A DNA stretch of 32,000 bases from Dickeya solani IPO 2222 (GCF_001644705.1 NZ_CP015137.1:1530001-1562000); one strand, 5' to 3'. Positions 19,401 to 25,175 are shown, numbered from the stretch's first letter. Program-made: numbers and translations. The notes: generated by a model from the letters alone, not told the origin.

Positions 19401-22400
19401 AGAGTTCTTAGCATCGTGGAGGCCGTCTTCCCCGATAGTCGGCCTATTCACAGGCCGGATGTCAGGGTGGGCGTTTGAATGTACCGATTCGACACGGTGA
19501 CCAGACGCCTCGCTATCCCCGGCCGATCCGCCGTAATACATCTGCATCAACGCGCCGTGTGTCAGCATAAAGTACTGACAGAGTTGCGAAAGGGTTGCAT
19601 TGCCGAAAAACAGGGCTGGTGAAACCGCAACGTTCCAGTTCCGGCTGAGGCAGGAGGCAAACTCAGCAAGGCTTATCGAGTCAAAACCGAAATCGGCCAG
19701 ATTTACGTCATGATGCAAACGGTGCCGTTCAATACTTAAAATATCGCTTATCGCCTGCTGCAATTCCCACAGTACACACTGCTCAACCGTCAGCCCCTTC
19801 ATTTCCGGGCGACGGGCAGTGGTCGTCGCCGGCTGGCGTTGCGGCCGCTCCTGACGGTTGCCGGATTCATTCTGTAACCCATTCCCCAACAAGCGTTGAA
19901 TCTTATCGGGCTGTCCGACCATCACCAGCGACGAGCCGGCTTCACCGGCCAGCAACTGTTCGAACACCCTCAATCCTTCTTCACTTCGCAATGCACGTTG
20001 TCCGCTGGTTTTCAAATAAAGGGACGTTGCCTGCACTCGCTCAGCCGAGCTTTGCGTCATTCCCCCGTCCTGCCAGACAGGCCAACTGATTGCGATAGTC
20101 TTTCCTATCAGAGATTGAGTCTTTCCTTCGGGAGATTCCTGTCTATTGCGGTTGTTGGCATAGGCCATTTGAAAACGATTCGCCACGGCATAATCGCCGG
20201 CGCCGAAATCACCCAAAACCGCGGCACTGGAAGAGAAATAAACGATAAAGTCTAACGCTTCTTCAGCACCGAATACGGTTTGCCAGGCCTTATCAAGAAC
20301 CAGAGTCCCCTGAATTTTCGGCGCCAGTACCTGACGAACGCCGGTAAGATCTTTTTCTGCCAGTATCTGTGTCGTTTGAACGCCAGCGGTATGTAATATG
20401 CCGTTGATCTTAATCCCCTGACGCTGACAATCAGCGAACAGGGATTGCATCTGAGACAATTCACTCACATCCGCCTGCAGATAAGTAACCTGACCGCCGC
20501 GCTGTTCAATTGCCCGTAAATTCGCCTGTTTTTCCAGATCAAGGGGAGAGCGGCCAACCAGAAGAACTTTCGCCATAAAGTTCTCACACAGATAGCGTGC
20601 AAATACCGTCCCTAATCCCCCGAGCCCTCCGGTAATCAGATAACATCCGCCAATTTTTAAATAACTATCGGTTTTTAAAACATCATCGGGTTTTAAACCA
20701 TCACCAGTTTTTAAACCATCATCAGTTTTTAAACCGCTATTACCGTTTTCCATCCGGGTCGGTTCGAGGGTCAACACATGACGCTTGCCCTGGATATACA
20801 GCACGCTTTGAGCAAGTTCGGTCTGCAATTCAGCCCAGATTTCGGAAATATATCCGGCGATCGACAGCCATTGATCAGTATCGGTAGCTTCTGTAATGTC
20901 AAACCCGGCAAACGTGACTCGTGTTTCCGGTAGAACAAAACGTAAGGATGCGCCGAAAGCCACCAACGCATCGGCATAACAACGCTCCAGACTGCTGGTA
21001 AACGCACTTACTACCAAAATACGGCCAACATCCAGTCCGCTGGACAACAGCCCCTGAAACAGGGGAACCAATTGATTCATCCCCGATTCAGGTTCAACAA
21101 AACACAGTAAAGCCTCTACCGTTCCCTGCCCGTTCTCCTTTTGAGAGACCGTCTTCAACTGAGAAAAATAGCGGTGATAGGTACTTGCCTCTGCTACCGA
21201 CAGATCGTCAGGCGCGAAAAATTCAGTCGATACATTCGCGGCCATTTGATTCATACCGAGACGCATCGTGGTTTGACCTGCAGCCGGGATGACGCAAAGC
21301 AAGCGCTGTATCCGGCGCTCAGCGCAACTCAGCACGTCAGGCAGCGATTGCTCTTGCCACCGCTCACGATAGACCAGAACAGCATCATCCTGCTCTGACG
21401 TCATTGCTTCATCAGGTTCAATCAGAACGTCCGATTCAATCAAAACATCCGATTCAATCAAAACATTAAGTAAGTCGGGCTCAGCCTTCTGGCTCTGCGG
21501 AGTCGGTGCGGATAGCGTTGCAACAGAGCTGGTCGTTGCGGGGCTGTTCGTTACAGGGCTATCCACCGTAGCAATCCAATAGCTTTCCTGTTCAAACGGA
21601 TAAGTCGGCAGGTGCATCCTGCGCGGTGTCGGTCCTTGATACAAAACACCCCAATCTGCCGGTTCGCCCCGCAGCCAAGATGCCAACTGTCTGGAAACAA
21701 GAGGAGAGATTCCGTCATGCCGGGCGTCGGGTACAGAATGTGATATTCCATCACCGGAAAGTAACGCTTCGGCGGCACGGGAACGGGCAGTTCCCGACAC
21801 ATCGGCATAATACAGACTGAGACCTGATCTCGCCCCTTCTTCAGCAGCAAGATACCGGCCCACTTTCTCCTGCAAGGTATGCCAGCCATCGGCAATCAAC
21901 GCCAGACGGTGAGGCATCGCCGTTCGTCCGAATTGTAGGGTATAAGCAAGATCCCGCATGCTTTGCGGCTCATTACCGGCGATCAGGTTTGCGGCTATCT
22001 GCTTTAACTGCGGTTCACTTTTTGCAGATAACACTATCAGGTACGAATCATCCTCACCTGGCGCCCCTGGGCATCGCTCTTCAGCCCCCGCGTTCTGTAA
22101 CACCAGATGAGCATTGGTTCCCGAATGTCCGAAAGAGCTGACTGCCGCAAAACGCTGCTCCTGCTCCCAGTTTTTGAGCGCGGTATTCACATAAAAAGGG
22201 CTATCGGCAAAATTAATATCTTCATTTGGCTGGACATAATTGAGCGACGGCGGGATTTCTCGATTTTTCAGCGCCAGCGCCGCCGTAATTAAATTCACAA
22301 TGCCGGAGGCGGCTTGAGTATGGCCAATATTGGTCTTCGGCGAGGTCAAGGCACAGTACTGCTTTTTATCTGCACCCGTGCTATGAAACGCATCAATTAA

Positions 22401-25175
22401 TGCATTGCATTCAACGGGATCCCCTAACATGGTGCCTGTACCGTGGCTGACGATATAGCCTATCTGTTCGGGAGAAACACCGCTTTGCCGGTAAATCTGC
22501 GTGTAAAGTTCACTCTGCCGGGCGCCATTGGGAGCGGTCAGGCCATTGGTTTTACCATCATAGTTAATTCCGCTGCCTTTGATGATGGCATAAATATCAT
22601 CGCCATCTCGCAGTGCGTCGGTGTGGCGCTTTAGTACAACCGTCGCACACCCTTCACCGACAACCATACCGTTAGCCCGATAATCAAAGGCGTAGCAGGT
22701 GCCGTCTGGAGAGAGCATATCGCCCATCCGGGATAAGGCATGTAACATCCGCTCAGGCTGGCAGATCAGATTACAACCGCCAGCAAGTGCTAATTCGCTT
22801 TCACCGTTTAAAATACTCTGACATGCGTAATGTACGGCAACCAGAGATGAGGAACAGGCGGTTCCGATAGCAAGCAAAGGTCCTTTGGTATCAAGGAAAT
22901 AACCAATGCGAGCCGGTGCGGTTCCCGTATGTACGGAGGTAATCGCAGAATTTTCGGTCAGTGGATAATCAGATTCTTCCATGCCGACAAAAATGCCGTG
23001 CTTTTGCCCGTACCACCCATGCGGGTCATAGCCCGCATCTTCAATCGCCCGCCATGCAGATTGCAGTAGCACGCGATGGTGGGGATCCATGTTGCGTGCT
23101 TCCCGGGGAGAAATTTTAAAAAACAGGGGATCAAAGTGGTCGATATGCGTCATAAAACCACCCCGGATGGTTTTCATCTGCAGATCATCCCGGAGCCGCC
23201 GACTGTCAGGAACCGGACCGATACTACACCGACCTTCCCGCAACAGTTGCCAGAATTCCGCCGCGTTATCGGCACCGGCAACATTAATATCGATACCAAT
23301 AATGGCAATATCGTCAGTGCGATTATCATCATTACCGCTTCGCGCCGGTTGCGGCGAAGCATGGCCGTGACGGCGCTCTTTTCCCGAACCGTTGGTCTGC
23401 ATTCGTTCTGTGATCATGCAGGCTAAGGCCATCGGCGTCGTGTAACTGAATAAATCCGAACGCCTTAATTTAACCGGATAGGCCGCTTCCAGCCGATTGA
23501 CGAAAGCCGCAACAGAGACAGAGTCCAGACCAAGCTCGGTAAATGCCTGATGATATATTTCTTCATCTGGGCCATTCAGCCCCAGCAGACGGGCTATCGT
23601 CGCCAGTACATCCGGTTCAACAGCCGCAACCGAATGTTTTTCCTCTATTTTGTCATGGACGAACGGCCTATCATAAACAGGCAGCTGTTGGGGGTGTGAA
23701 GGTTGGAACCAGCAATATTCACGGGCAAAACAATAGCGGGCCGACGCCGATGGAAAATCGGCTCCCGCAACGTTAACGCCCTGATATTCTTCGATCAATA
23801 TATGGGCGTTATTGCCGCCTGAACCATAACTGTGAATAGCCGCAAGCCTGGGATGCTCACCGACCGGCCACGCCTGCGTTTCTGTCGCAAAACAACAAGG
23901 CGTATCTTGCGTATCGCAATAGTCGTTCGCTTGTTCAAAATCCAGAATTTTATGAATTTTACCGGTCTGAAGACTTCGGATGACTTTTAATAAAGCCCCC
24001 AGAGAAGACGCTGAGTGCATGTGCCCTAACAGTGGTTTTAGGCTACTCACCCGGCAGTAACCCGGTTCGAATGCCACCCCCTGTTCCTCACATAGCTGGC
24101 TCAGCGCCCGGTTCATCGCTGTCCATTCGGCAATATCCGCAACAGGCAGCCCCATTCCCTGAGCCTCAATATAAGAAACCCGACGCGGATCGATCCCCGC
24201 TTCACGATAACAATCTTTGATCAGTTCACAATGCGCATCCGTATTCGGAGAAGCCATTGAGACACCACCCTGACCATTGAAGTTAACCCGGGTGTGTTTG
24301 ATAACGGCATAGACCCGGCGTCCAGCGTCCTCAGCATCAACCAGGCGCTCCAGAAGAATAGTGCCTACCCCTTCTGAACGAATGAATCCATCGCCATGTT
24401 TACCGAAAGAACGTACCGTTTTCCCGTGGGTCAATTGATTAGAATCGTTCAGTCGGTTGGTCACATCCGGCACAAGAATCACATTAGCGGCACCGACAAT
24501 GGCACGGTCAATCACACCGGCTCTGAGCGCCAGCGTCGCTCTGTGCAGCGCCACGGCAAACCCGGCGCACGTCGCATTGATTAATTCACTCGGCCCCGCT
24601 AAATCAAACTGGTAAGAAATCCGGTTTGCAATCATGCTGTCGGCCTGCGCCAGACCGAACTCAGGCCGATAACCGTGGCGTGCCATCAGGGCCGCATACT
24701 CATTGGACTCACAGCCGATAAAGACACCGGTATGCGTTTTTCGCAGCGACTCGGGGGAGATACCGGCATCTTCCAGCATGTGGTAGGTTGACATCAGCAA
24801 CAGGCGCTGTCTGGGATCCATCTCTTCAGCCTCTATCGGTAAAATACCGAACTTCGCCGAGTCAAAAGAGGCGATATCAGGAATAAATCCACCCGAAAGC
24901 ACAGACCACAGTTCTTCTCCGCCAGTCTCCCCTTGCCGATACCACGCTTTGCGTTGCTGCGATAGCTCGGTGATTAAGGCATCGTCAGCATCCAGATGCC
25001 GCCATAATTCAGCAACACTCATACACTGCGGGAAATATCCGGCCAGACCCGTAATCGCCAGCGGTTCGGTATTTCCGTGCGTCGCCGATACATTCAATGC
25101 CGAATCTGATGACGTGGTTTTATGGTTTTGAATCCACTGCTCAATGAAAGACAGCGGTGCTGATTGATCACTCAT
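4482..25175 (-). CDS. trans-AT PKS megasynthase (6 KS, 6 ACP, 3 KR, 2 DH, 1 DH-like; no AT)
   Basis: Single uninterrupted frame, stop TAG 4484..4482. The track start 25208 is a TTG. The first ATG, 25175..25173 (Met12), has GGGAGAAGG 6 nt upstream and overlaps the monooxygenase stop (ATGAGTGA), giving 6,897 aa. My chunk count of the track protein (6,908 aa) was used to place all domains. Confidence 0.95.
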   Translation of the reverse strand: MSDQSAPLSFIEQWIQNHKTTSSDSALNVSATHGNTEPLAITGLAGYFPQCMSVAELWRHLDADDALITELSQQRKAWYRQGETGGEELWSVLSGGFIPDIASFDSAKFGILPIEAEEMDPRQRLLLMSTYHMLEDAGISPESLRKTHTGVFIGCESNEYAALMARHGYRPEFGLAQADSMIANRISYQFDLAGPSELINATCAGFAVALHRATLALRAGVIDRAIVGAANVILVPDVTNRLNDSNQLTHGKTVRSFGKHGDGFIRSEGVGTILLERLVDAEDAGRRVYAVIKHTRVNFNGQGGVSMASPNTDAHCELIKDCYREAGIDPRRVSYIEAQGMGLPVADIAEWTAMNRALSQLCEEQGVAFEPGYCRVSSLKPLLGHMHSASSLGALLKVIRSLQTGKIHKILDFEQANDYCDTQDTPCCFATETQAWPVGEHPRLAAIHSYGSGGNNAHILIEEYQGVNVAGADFPSASARYCFAREYCWFQPSHPQQLPVYDRPFVHDKIEEKHSVAAVEPDVLATIARLLGLNGPDEEIYHQAFTELGLDSVSVAAFVNRLEAAYPVKLRRSDLFSYTTPMALACMITERMQTNGSGKERRHGHASPQPARSGNDDNRTDDIAIIGIDINVAGADNAAEFWQLLREGRCSIGPVPDSRRLRDDLQMKTIRGGFMTHIDHFDPLFFKISPREARNMDPHHRVLLQSAWRAIEDAGYDPHGWYGQKHGIFVGMEESDYPLTENSAITSVHTGTAPARIGYFLDTKGPLLAIGTACSSSLVAVHYACQSILNGESELALAGGCNLICQPERMLHALSRMGDMLSPDGTCYAFDYRANGMVVGEGCATVVLKRHTDALRDGDDIYAIIKGSGINYDGKTNGLTAPNGARQSELYTQIYRQSGVSPEQIGYIVSHGTGTMLGDPVECNALIDAFHSTGADKKQYCALTSPKTNIGHTQAASGIVNLITAALALKNREIPPSLNYVQPNEDINFADSPFYVNTALKNWEQEQRFAAVSSFGHSGTNAHLVLQNAGAEERCPGAPGEDDSYLIVLSAKSEPQLKQIAANLIAGNEPQSMRDLAYTLQFGRTAMPHRLALIADGWHTLQEKVGRYLAAEEGARSGLSLYYADVSGTARSRAAEALLSGDGISHSVPDARHDGISPLVSRQLASWLRGEPADWGVLYQGPTPRRMHLPTYPFEQESYWIATVDSPVTNSPATTSSVATLSAPTPQSQKAEPDLLNVLIESDVLIESDVLIEPDEAMTSEQDDAVLVYRERWQEQSLPDVLSCAERRIQRLLCVIPAAGQTTMRLGMNQMAANVSTEFFAPDDLSVAEASTYHRYFSQLKTVSQKENGQGTVEALLCFVEPESGMNQLVPLFQGLLSSGLDVGRILVVSAFTSSLERCYADALVAFGASLRFVLPETRVTFAGFDITEATDTDQWLSIAGYISEIWAELQTELAQSVLYIQGKRHVLTLEPTRMENGNSGLKTDDGLKTGDGLKPDDVLKTDSYLKIGGCYLITGGLGGLGTVFARYLCENFMAKVLLVGRSPLDLEKQANLRAIEQRGGQVTYLQADVSELSQMQSLFADCQRQGIKINGILHTAGVQTTQILAEKDLTGVRQVLAPKIQGTLVLDKAWQTVFGAEEALDFIVYFSSSAAVLGDFGAGDYAVANRFQMAYANNRNRQESPEGKTQSLIGKTIAISWPVWQDGGMTQSSAERVQATSLYLKTSGQRALRSEEGLRVFEQLLAGEAGSSLVMVGQPDKIQRLLGNGLQNESGNRQERPQRQPATTTARRPEMKGLTVEQCVLWELQQAISDILSIERHRLHHDVNLADFGFDSISLAEFASCLSRNWNVAVSPALFFGNATLSQLCQYFMLTHGALMQMYYGGSAGDSEASGHRVESVHSNAHPDIRPVNRPTIGEDGLHDAKNSPFEAEEPIAIIGMSGRFPDARDVDEMWQYLAEGKSSVSRVSAEYLRSRDESYRDGSATLDDRGSSAEQGLWCGVIPGAAEFDPLFFEISPREAQNMDPGQRQLLQEAWKALEHAGYGAQQLRQHNIGTFVGVEEGTYGRFSGAEHVEITANHNGILASRLAYFLDLHGPVLAINTACSSGLVAAHLACASLRNRECDTALAAGVSLQLSTEGFDIMKRSGMTSEDGICYTFDRRANGMVPGEAVVVLVLKRLSQAEADGDPIHGLIRASGINYDGKTNGITAPNGVAQTDLLKTVYKRAHIDPAQIDYIVTHGTGTRLGDPVEINALNDAFKAYTDKQAFCALTSTKTNFGHTFAASGLLSAVSLLQSMNQQVIPASLHCQQENDYITWAESPFYVNKTARAWPVQQGKQRMGAVSAFGMSGTNAHLIMQEYPQPVSSPEPKRSHYLLCLSAKTEEALYRKVDDLILHLQKPQTSGQGLAAIGYTLLRGRSHFQYRLAVVVEDRESVIISLQQAEHAQRPNLFRGKVPLGFAGQKIIRQQVDVLSGQPQLLRQPQHSEGQEYQEILSALADYYCQGYELDGAALFPDVSRCVVLPTYPFAREHHWLETRALSSSPGPIVAARPGLLHPLLKENASTLAELRFRSEFSGEEFFLADHQIHGQKVLPGVSYLEMARAAYTYAASPLFSKSQLLHFSLKQVLWLQPVIATQQTTTIYLGLYEQESGLIDYQIYSESDIQQRTIHGQGIIDPRPNDAITGNNALERNTLDLHQLKKQMTGPEYEAAHCYQKFRDMGLSYGETFQGIEQLLTGERQVLARIAVPDTVTSSAFGLHPSLMDAALQTSLGLNHSDLPSGAAYVPFALEQLDVFAEVDARLWVWLRLVSTENSANEQVRKMDIDLCDDHGRICVSMRGFSTRVLPVSHTSEQSVSPGTVTSVDTTVSAEMTVSIKGKALSGTEYFLQDHGGLLPGMLSLEWMRELAVSHVSTGDSEVVVGLKEVIWHQPVMVGEQGTDIDLALNRDAQGYHCVISRQGQVHAQGRVMTGLVGGTERQPLPLTEIEHRCRQRRSHHACAEFFGTAIGPRLLGITRYQQGNNEALVTLEVHQDIVGVGEEPVLHPALMNGAVLAGIMLAVGGERQGTHPLMPFSMDTLRIYQPLPASVLAYIRQTQSDAGSEHRVVRCDIWFTDHHGHILVEIKGLSMISAQVSQAESLVFARPQWVIQHSGSAQVHDGDPDALPPCFILADENAALQTALQNSWPDCQVVNLPVGHDHEPQQFTYCLQQLFAQIKERTLACREQSQRQAVFILASEPVNESWLSASSGLFKTARQEQSGFNGKVIRYHASPEAIPPLLTQLQSEMHGANDATEIRYDETGNRRVKAWRRSTLADMTDELPVSSGSVIWITGGLGGIGYQIARELGTQYQARLVLSGRSALNERSEQRLLDLRHQGIQVTYLQGDVADPAQTRNLVQQILQDEGQLNGIIHSAGVIRDAFIANKTEAELLDVLAPKVAGTLALDNATQDCNLDFMVLFSSLSSAFGNAGQADYACANGFMDGFALWRNQQVANGLRRGKTLALNWPLWRDGGMGISAPDAELLRQQTGLIPMPTDAGIRALILGLQSQESQLAVIYGEAEKIQARLSEGPTSTHPAPVHQSDIKDAAGLTTEVNGTVRVGQVCALLVSMVAQLQKLDEKKIELDMELSKYGFNSIDFTEFASRLNKTYGLALMPTVFFEHSTLRAMGNYLANTYPEAFADNAAATSVSAGAISAKGAASGQPQIMVTRTANTEEGRKAFAWRAAPQIQSQPTPEVTPSEAAVADVAASGISKATAPEVGTPLTPKISQAPEAIAIIGMSGRFPQSRNLDEFWQQLEANSDLIGQVPADRWNWQEYYGDPHETPGKTKVNYGGFMQDVDCFDPLFFGISPREAQSLDPQFRVFLETVWATIEDAGYCASDLSGSNTGVFVGVSTSEYKDAWLKYSHDKFGIGDPPWLSHFALANRVSYILNLHGPSEPIDTACSSSLVAIHRAIEAIRSGSCDVAIVGGVNVIVNPGITITAGEAGILSEDGRCKTFDISADGYGRGEGVGVIMLKPLTQAKADGDRIHGLIRGSAENHGGKATSPTAPNPVAQQELLVQAYRRSGIDPEMVGYIETHGTGTKLGDPIEINGLKKAFETLYREQNKAMTRKAYCGLGSVKTNIGHLEAAAGISGVLKILLMFRHRKIPGNVHLKTANPYLDLADSPFYLVQETQAWPAIEDAAGQPMPRRAGVSSFGIGGANAHIVLEEYAPTAEVVEASSSSAVPVAIVLSAKKTGRLDAVVQGLAAFLDSAECAAQQPSLTEIAYTLQVGREAMDERLAFVTRSVQTLKQTLAAYLSDAEIPEGVYRGNVKAGKESLSMLADEDTWQTMVGTWLQTGNYNKLLDVWVKGGQVDWKPLYPTAVKPRRIGLPTYPFARDRFWLKVKTSESGSDGQGKTESPVKISPYRLHPLVHRNTSDITALCFTSWFDGREFFLADHLVMGQKLLPGVAYLEMARAAVEQVVGAGFHLQLTQIVWVRPFIAEHRDASATAAGTYPLTVKLLPQSAKVIRFEICSLMPDGQTQTHCQGKVLVIDRHPDDRERLDLSVALAEHQEGTIEKPECYQAFRKLGIVYGPGHQGVENLYLAKGRVLARLTLPETLSETLGDYVLHPSMMDSALQATLGLSREHRLGLPFDMESMDILHRCTSTMWACVTYDHGTEPNPQAKVQKLTVKLYDDAGQLCVALHGFSARTPEQVTTQRNGTLLLVPQWLRKNARVNTAVPHAYASRQILFCGDRSVAKDIGLTDDVVLPVQDTDDIALNFHQSALALFAQVQTILARKPKQAMLLQLVVAGDFPTRLSTALNGLLKTARLENPNFIGQLIELDVAVSADDVGEKLRESSLMPEDIHIRYDREGRQVLSWQEVCAMNGGAAVPNGSALSGLTRMPWKEQGVYLITGGAGGLGLIFATEIARQTRNTRLILTGRSAMTPRIQTSISQLEALGAQVDYRMLDVCDRPGVEALIATVTAQYGTINGVLHCAGVLRDSYILKKSAADFQAVLAPKVQGVVNLDLALAQHPLDFFILFSSTAAGLGNPGQADYVTANSFMDAYAHYRQQRVVAQSRMGRTLAINWPLWKEGGMKVDDAFETMMYQSTGMIAMPTDAGLQAFYRAIAREENQVLVIAGDLEKLRQTLSALPSITAIPSITTRPSITAFQPVKVDEKRSEDPVLAGQAPGAGHMSTTRIDLQGLEGAVQQLLIRDVSALLDVDRAEIDLELELTELGFDSILTTGFANKLNRQYELDLLPTVFFEYPTISALSRYLTETYQTVFAAKFTDFSHKEDVYETSAHHETANPSLAEHSDQAAADFWQPVPAEEQTGARHTELDIQALHEAIQSLLLQEVSTLLQVNVADIDIDIELNELGFDSILTTGFSNKLNRQYTLDLLPTVFFEYPTVAGLTNYLADNYQDRFSHLFAEKVMAPSPTRGCKPTDEISPANDVLAVKGNERNSVPAANSADNSHLAGRQSSQASGSKRDEQEAIAIVGMSGSFPMAPDLETYWENLLQGKDCISEVPPIRWNWRDYLQDVHGAENKDSIRWGGFIQDMAEFDPLFFGISPREAELMDPQQRLLMTHAWKVIEDAGYSASSLSGSALGIYIGTGNTGYSGLIVDAKLPAEGFTATGIVPSVGPNRMSYFLNVHGPSEPIETACSSSLIAIHRGVSALRHEGCDMVIVGGINTLVTPDTFVSFCKAGMLASDGRCKTFSNQADGYVRGEGVGMLLLKRLQAAEADGDHIYGVIRGSAQNHGGRASSLTAPNPKAQVALLESAYRNAGIDPRSISYIEAHGTGTKLGDPIEINSLKAAFNTMKADYSGEEYTNTECGIGSVKTNIGHLEMAAGIAGVIKVLLQMKHQTLVKSLHCEEPNPYIDFTGTPFYIVGENRPWHALKNARGEALPRRAGVSSFGFGGANAHVVIEEYRDTRPALQAVQDRYVILLSAKDDVRLRQVAQNLRHYLEQHRQDASLTLTNLAYTLQVGRDAMDARLGWIVKSFDELIAKIDGFLHDAGNPDDTYRGQRGSNKALLAQFSADEELSEAIAKWAERGKYARLLNLWCQGLAFDWSGLYRGQRPRRLSLPTYPFERQRFWLPEGQGESRVAERLSDENGVHPVPEKSADVPSPLSEDIAPEGVNSHFNLETYLIRLISRQLKVSEEIISPDRALEELGMDSVVSVDLLNKIRGKFPDVSRSLFMEYRTIGEIQQYLRSHFGEQLAKLGSQTLPEEQWDPKKQADTQKRVDEKQQADEKIAVTGKGQKQNVSIIGMAGIFPQAEHISRFWENLSAGRTTLSALSDKRRYLMALDERDSGSSRIGGYLDGVEYFDHKLFKVPHKEAQKLDPQIRKLLEVIWQSVTDAGYTLSQFREKRTGLFVATRGHSGYQDIPARMDPAQAAQWRFQAEQISAYANRISNILNLSGLSEIVETGCASFLVAIRHAMSAINEGRCQQAIVATVELGLSPFMQNRTDDQALYSSHPVTKSFAHDSDGYVKSEVVGAIILKAEAEALAQGDAIYANVKGVGISHGGKAPLKWYSPNIEGQKSAIVAAFTEAGIDPATISYIEPEANGSQLGDASELVAIQAVYGPYLQESKEQGSKEQESKEQESPDRVNNTSAESRASSIAIGSLKPLAGHAETASTFPVLVKMVLSMYHRRLAKIEGLGELNEGITLTDGFELLREDRAWEKHGHVPRRGAIHSMSIGGVNAHLLLEEYDADRRAELFKSSARQTNRSFIFLFSEADEARLTMLVSDYLDFLPRVQADIAAGKFITGAPAAEKQPTTESVYLEQLEYTLQQGREHRTVRLAVSAASIAQLQECLQRWRSRAGNQTDIYDSRHVSPGIAGGLSHFSDDIRHAVMDWLAGHAVDWTPLRLAEGRGELIQKLHLPVNPLQKVFCWHEGFDDIKAADENSSVLTGAE
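5097..6446 (-). other. KS0 (non-elongating KS), last domain-bearing module of the megasynthase
   Basis: Cys is retained (VETGCASF, codon 5948..5946), but the HGTGT motif reads YIEPEANGSQLGD (His replaced by Glu, codon 5540..5538). The second His is kept (KPLAGH). A C-terminal flanking region follows, ending ...LHLPVNPLQKVFCW. Confidence 0.85.
5416..5468. repeat. 15-bp in-frame tandem repeat x3.5 inside KS0
   Basis: ctctcctgttctttg / ctctcctgttctttg / ctcccctgttctttg / ctctcctg; encodes QESKEQGSKEQESKEQES. Confidence 0.9.
6594..6827 (-). other. ACP domain (ACP5)
   Basis: LEELGMDSVVSVDLLNKI; Ser codon 6710..6708. Confidence 0.85.
7452..8765 (-). other. KS domain (KS5, condensation-competent motifs)
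   Basis: EAIAIVGMSG, ETACSSS (Cys 8255..8253), EAHGTGT, TNIGH, FGFGGANAHVVIEEY. No reductive domain occurs before the next ACP. Confidence 0.9.
8979..9221 (-). other. ACP domain (ACP4b, second of a tandem pair)
   Basis: LNELGFDSILTTGFSNKLNRQYTLDLLPTVFFEYPT; Ser codon 9101..9099. Confidence 0.85.
9399..9641 (-). other. ACP domain (ACP4a, first of a tandem pair)
   Basis: LTELGFDSILTTGFANKLNRQYELDLLPTVFFEYPT; Ser codon 9521..9519. It is a 140-aa (420-nt) register copy of ACP4b. Confidence 0.85.
9736..9789. repeat. 18-bp in-frame tandem repeat x3 in the KR-ACP linker
   Basis: gccgttattgatggacgt / gtcgttattgatggaatc / gccgttattgatggaagc; encodes LPSITAIPSITTRPSITA. Confidence 0.9.
9804..11096 (-). 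other. KR domain (KR3, structural + catalytic subdomains; B-type fingerprint)
   Basis: HIRYDREGRQVLSW, VYLITGGAGGLG, HCAGVLRD (Asp of the LDD motif present), LAPKVQG, FSSTAAGLGNPGQADYVTAN. Confidence 0.8.
11109..11981 (-). other. DH domain (DH2)
   Basis: LHPLVHRN...FFLADHLVMGQKLLPG (His codon 11879..11877), GIVYGPGHQG, HPSMMDSALQ. Confidence 0.85.
12564..13880 (-). other. KS domain (KS4, condensation-competent motifs)
   Basis: EAIAIIGMSG, DTACSSS (Cys 13367..13365), ETHGTGT, TNIGH, FGIGGANAHIVLEEY. Confidence 0.9.
14163..14396 (-). other. ACP domain (ACP3)
   Basis: LSKYGFNSIDFTEFASRLNKTYGLALMPTVFFEHSTL; Ser codon 14291..14289 (GFNS variant). Confidence 0.8.
14484..15761 (-). other. KR domain (KR2; B-type fingerprint)
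   Basis: EIRYDETGNRRVKAW, VIWITGGLGGIG, HSAGVIRD, LAPKVAG, FSSLSSAFGNAGQADYACAN. Confidence 0.8.
15789..16577 (-). other. second DH-fold domain (DH*), pyran/furan-synthase-like or enoyl-isomerase-like
   Basis: YFLQDHGGLLPG: His kept (codon 16520..16518), but the H-to-P spacing is 4 residues shorter than in DH1/DH2. The HPxxxDxxxQ motif reads HPALMNGAVLA (Asp replaced by Asn, codon 16046..16044; Gln replaced by Leu). Confidence 0.6.
16644..17537 (-). other. DH domain (DH1)
   Basis: LLHPLLKEN...FFLADHQIHGQKVLPG (His codon 17435..17433), GLSYGETFQG, HPSLMDAALQ. Confidence 0.85.
18105..19385 (-). other. KS domain (KS3, condensation-competent motifs)
   Basis: EPIAIIGMSG, NTACSSG (Cys 18872..18870), THGTGT, TNFGH, FGMSGTNAHLIMQEY. 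Confidence 0.9.
19554..19796 (-). other. ACP domain (ACP2)
   Basis: LADFGFDSISLAEFASCLSRNWNVAVSPALFF; Ser codon 19679..19677. Confidence 0.85.
19884..21386 (-). other. KR domain (KR1; lacks the LDD Asp, so not B-type by fingerprint)
   Basis: LYIQGKRHVLTL, CYLITGGLGGLG, HTAGVQTT (Thr at the Asp position), LAPKIQG, FSSSAAVLGDFGAGDYAVAN. Confidence 0.8.
20669..20740. repeat. 18-bp in-frame tandem repeat x4 between the KR1 structural and catalytic subdomains
   Basis: cggtttttaaaacatcat / cgggttttaaaccatcac / cagtttttaaaccatcat / cagtttttaaaccgctat; encodes GLKTDDGLKTGDGLKPDDVLKTD. Confidence 0.9.
21417..21470. repeat. 18-bp in-frame tandem repeat x3 in the KS2-KR1 linker
   Basis: ttcaatcagaacgtccga / ttcaatcaaaacatccga / ttcaatcaaaacattaag; encodes VLIESDVLIESDVLIEPD. 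Confidence 0.9.
22095..23315 (-). other. KS domain (KS2, condensation-competent motifs)
   Basis: DDIAIIGIDINVAG, GTACSSS (Cys 22856..22854), SHGTGT, TNIGH, FGHSGTNAHLVLQ. Confidence 0.9.
23403..23627 (-). other. ACP domain (ACP1)
   Basis: FTELGLDSVSVAAFVNRLEAAYPVKLRRSDLF; Ser codon 23522..23520. Confidence 0.85.
23781..25067 (-). other. KS0 (non-elongating KS) at the N-terminus of the megasynthase
   Basis: Cys retained (INATCAGF, codon 24569..24567). The HGTGT motif reads YIEAQGMGLPVAD (His replaced by Gln, codon 24161..24159). The second His is kept (KPLLGH). No full flanking subdomain precedes the ACP. Confidence 0.85.

Noticed and set aside
20669-20740. Short direct repeats (here and at 5416, 9736, 21417, 30638) considered as a possible CRISPR or regulatory array.
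   Set aside because: The units are contiguous with no spacers, 15-18 bp long, multiples of 3, and lie in frame inside PKS linkers. They are coding microsatellite-like expansions, not CRISPR.
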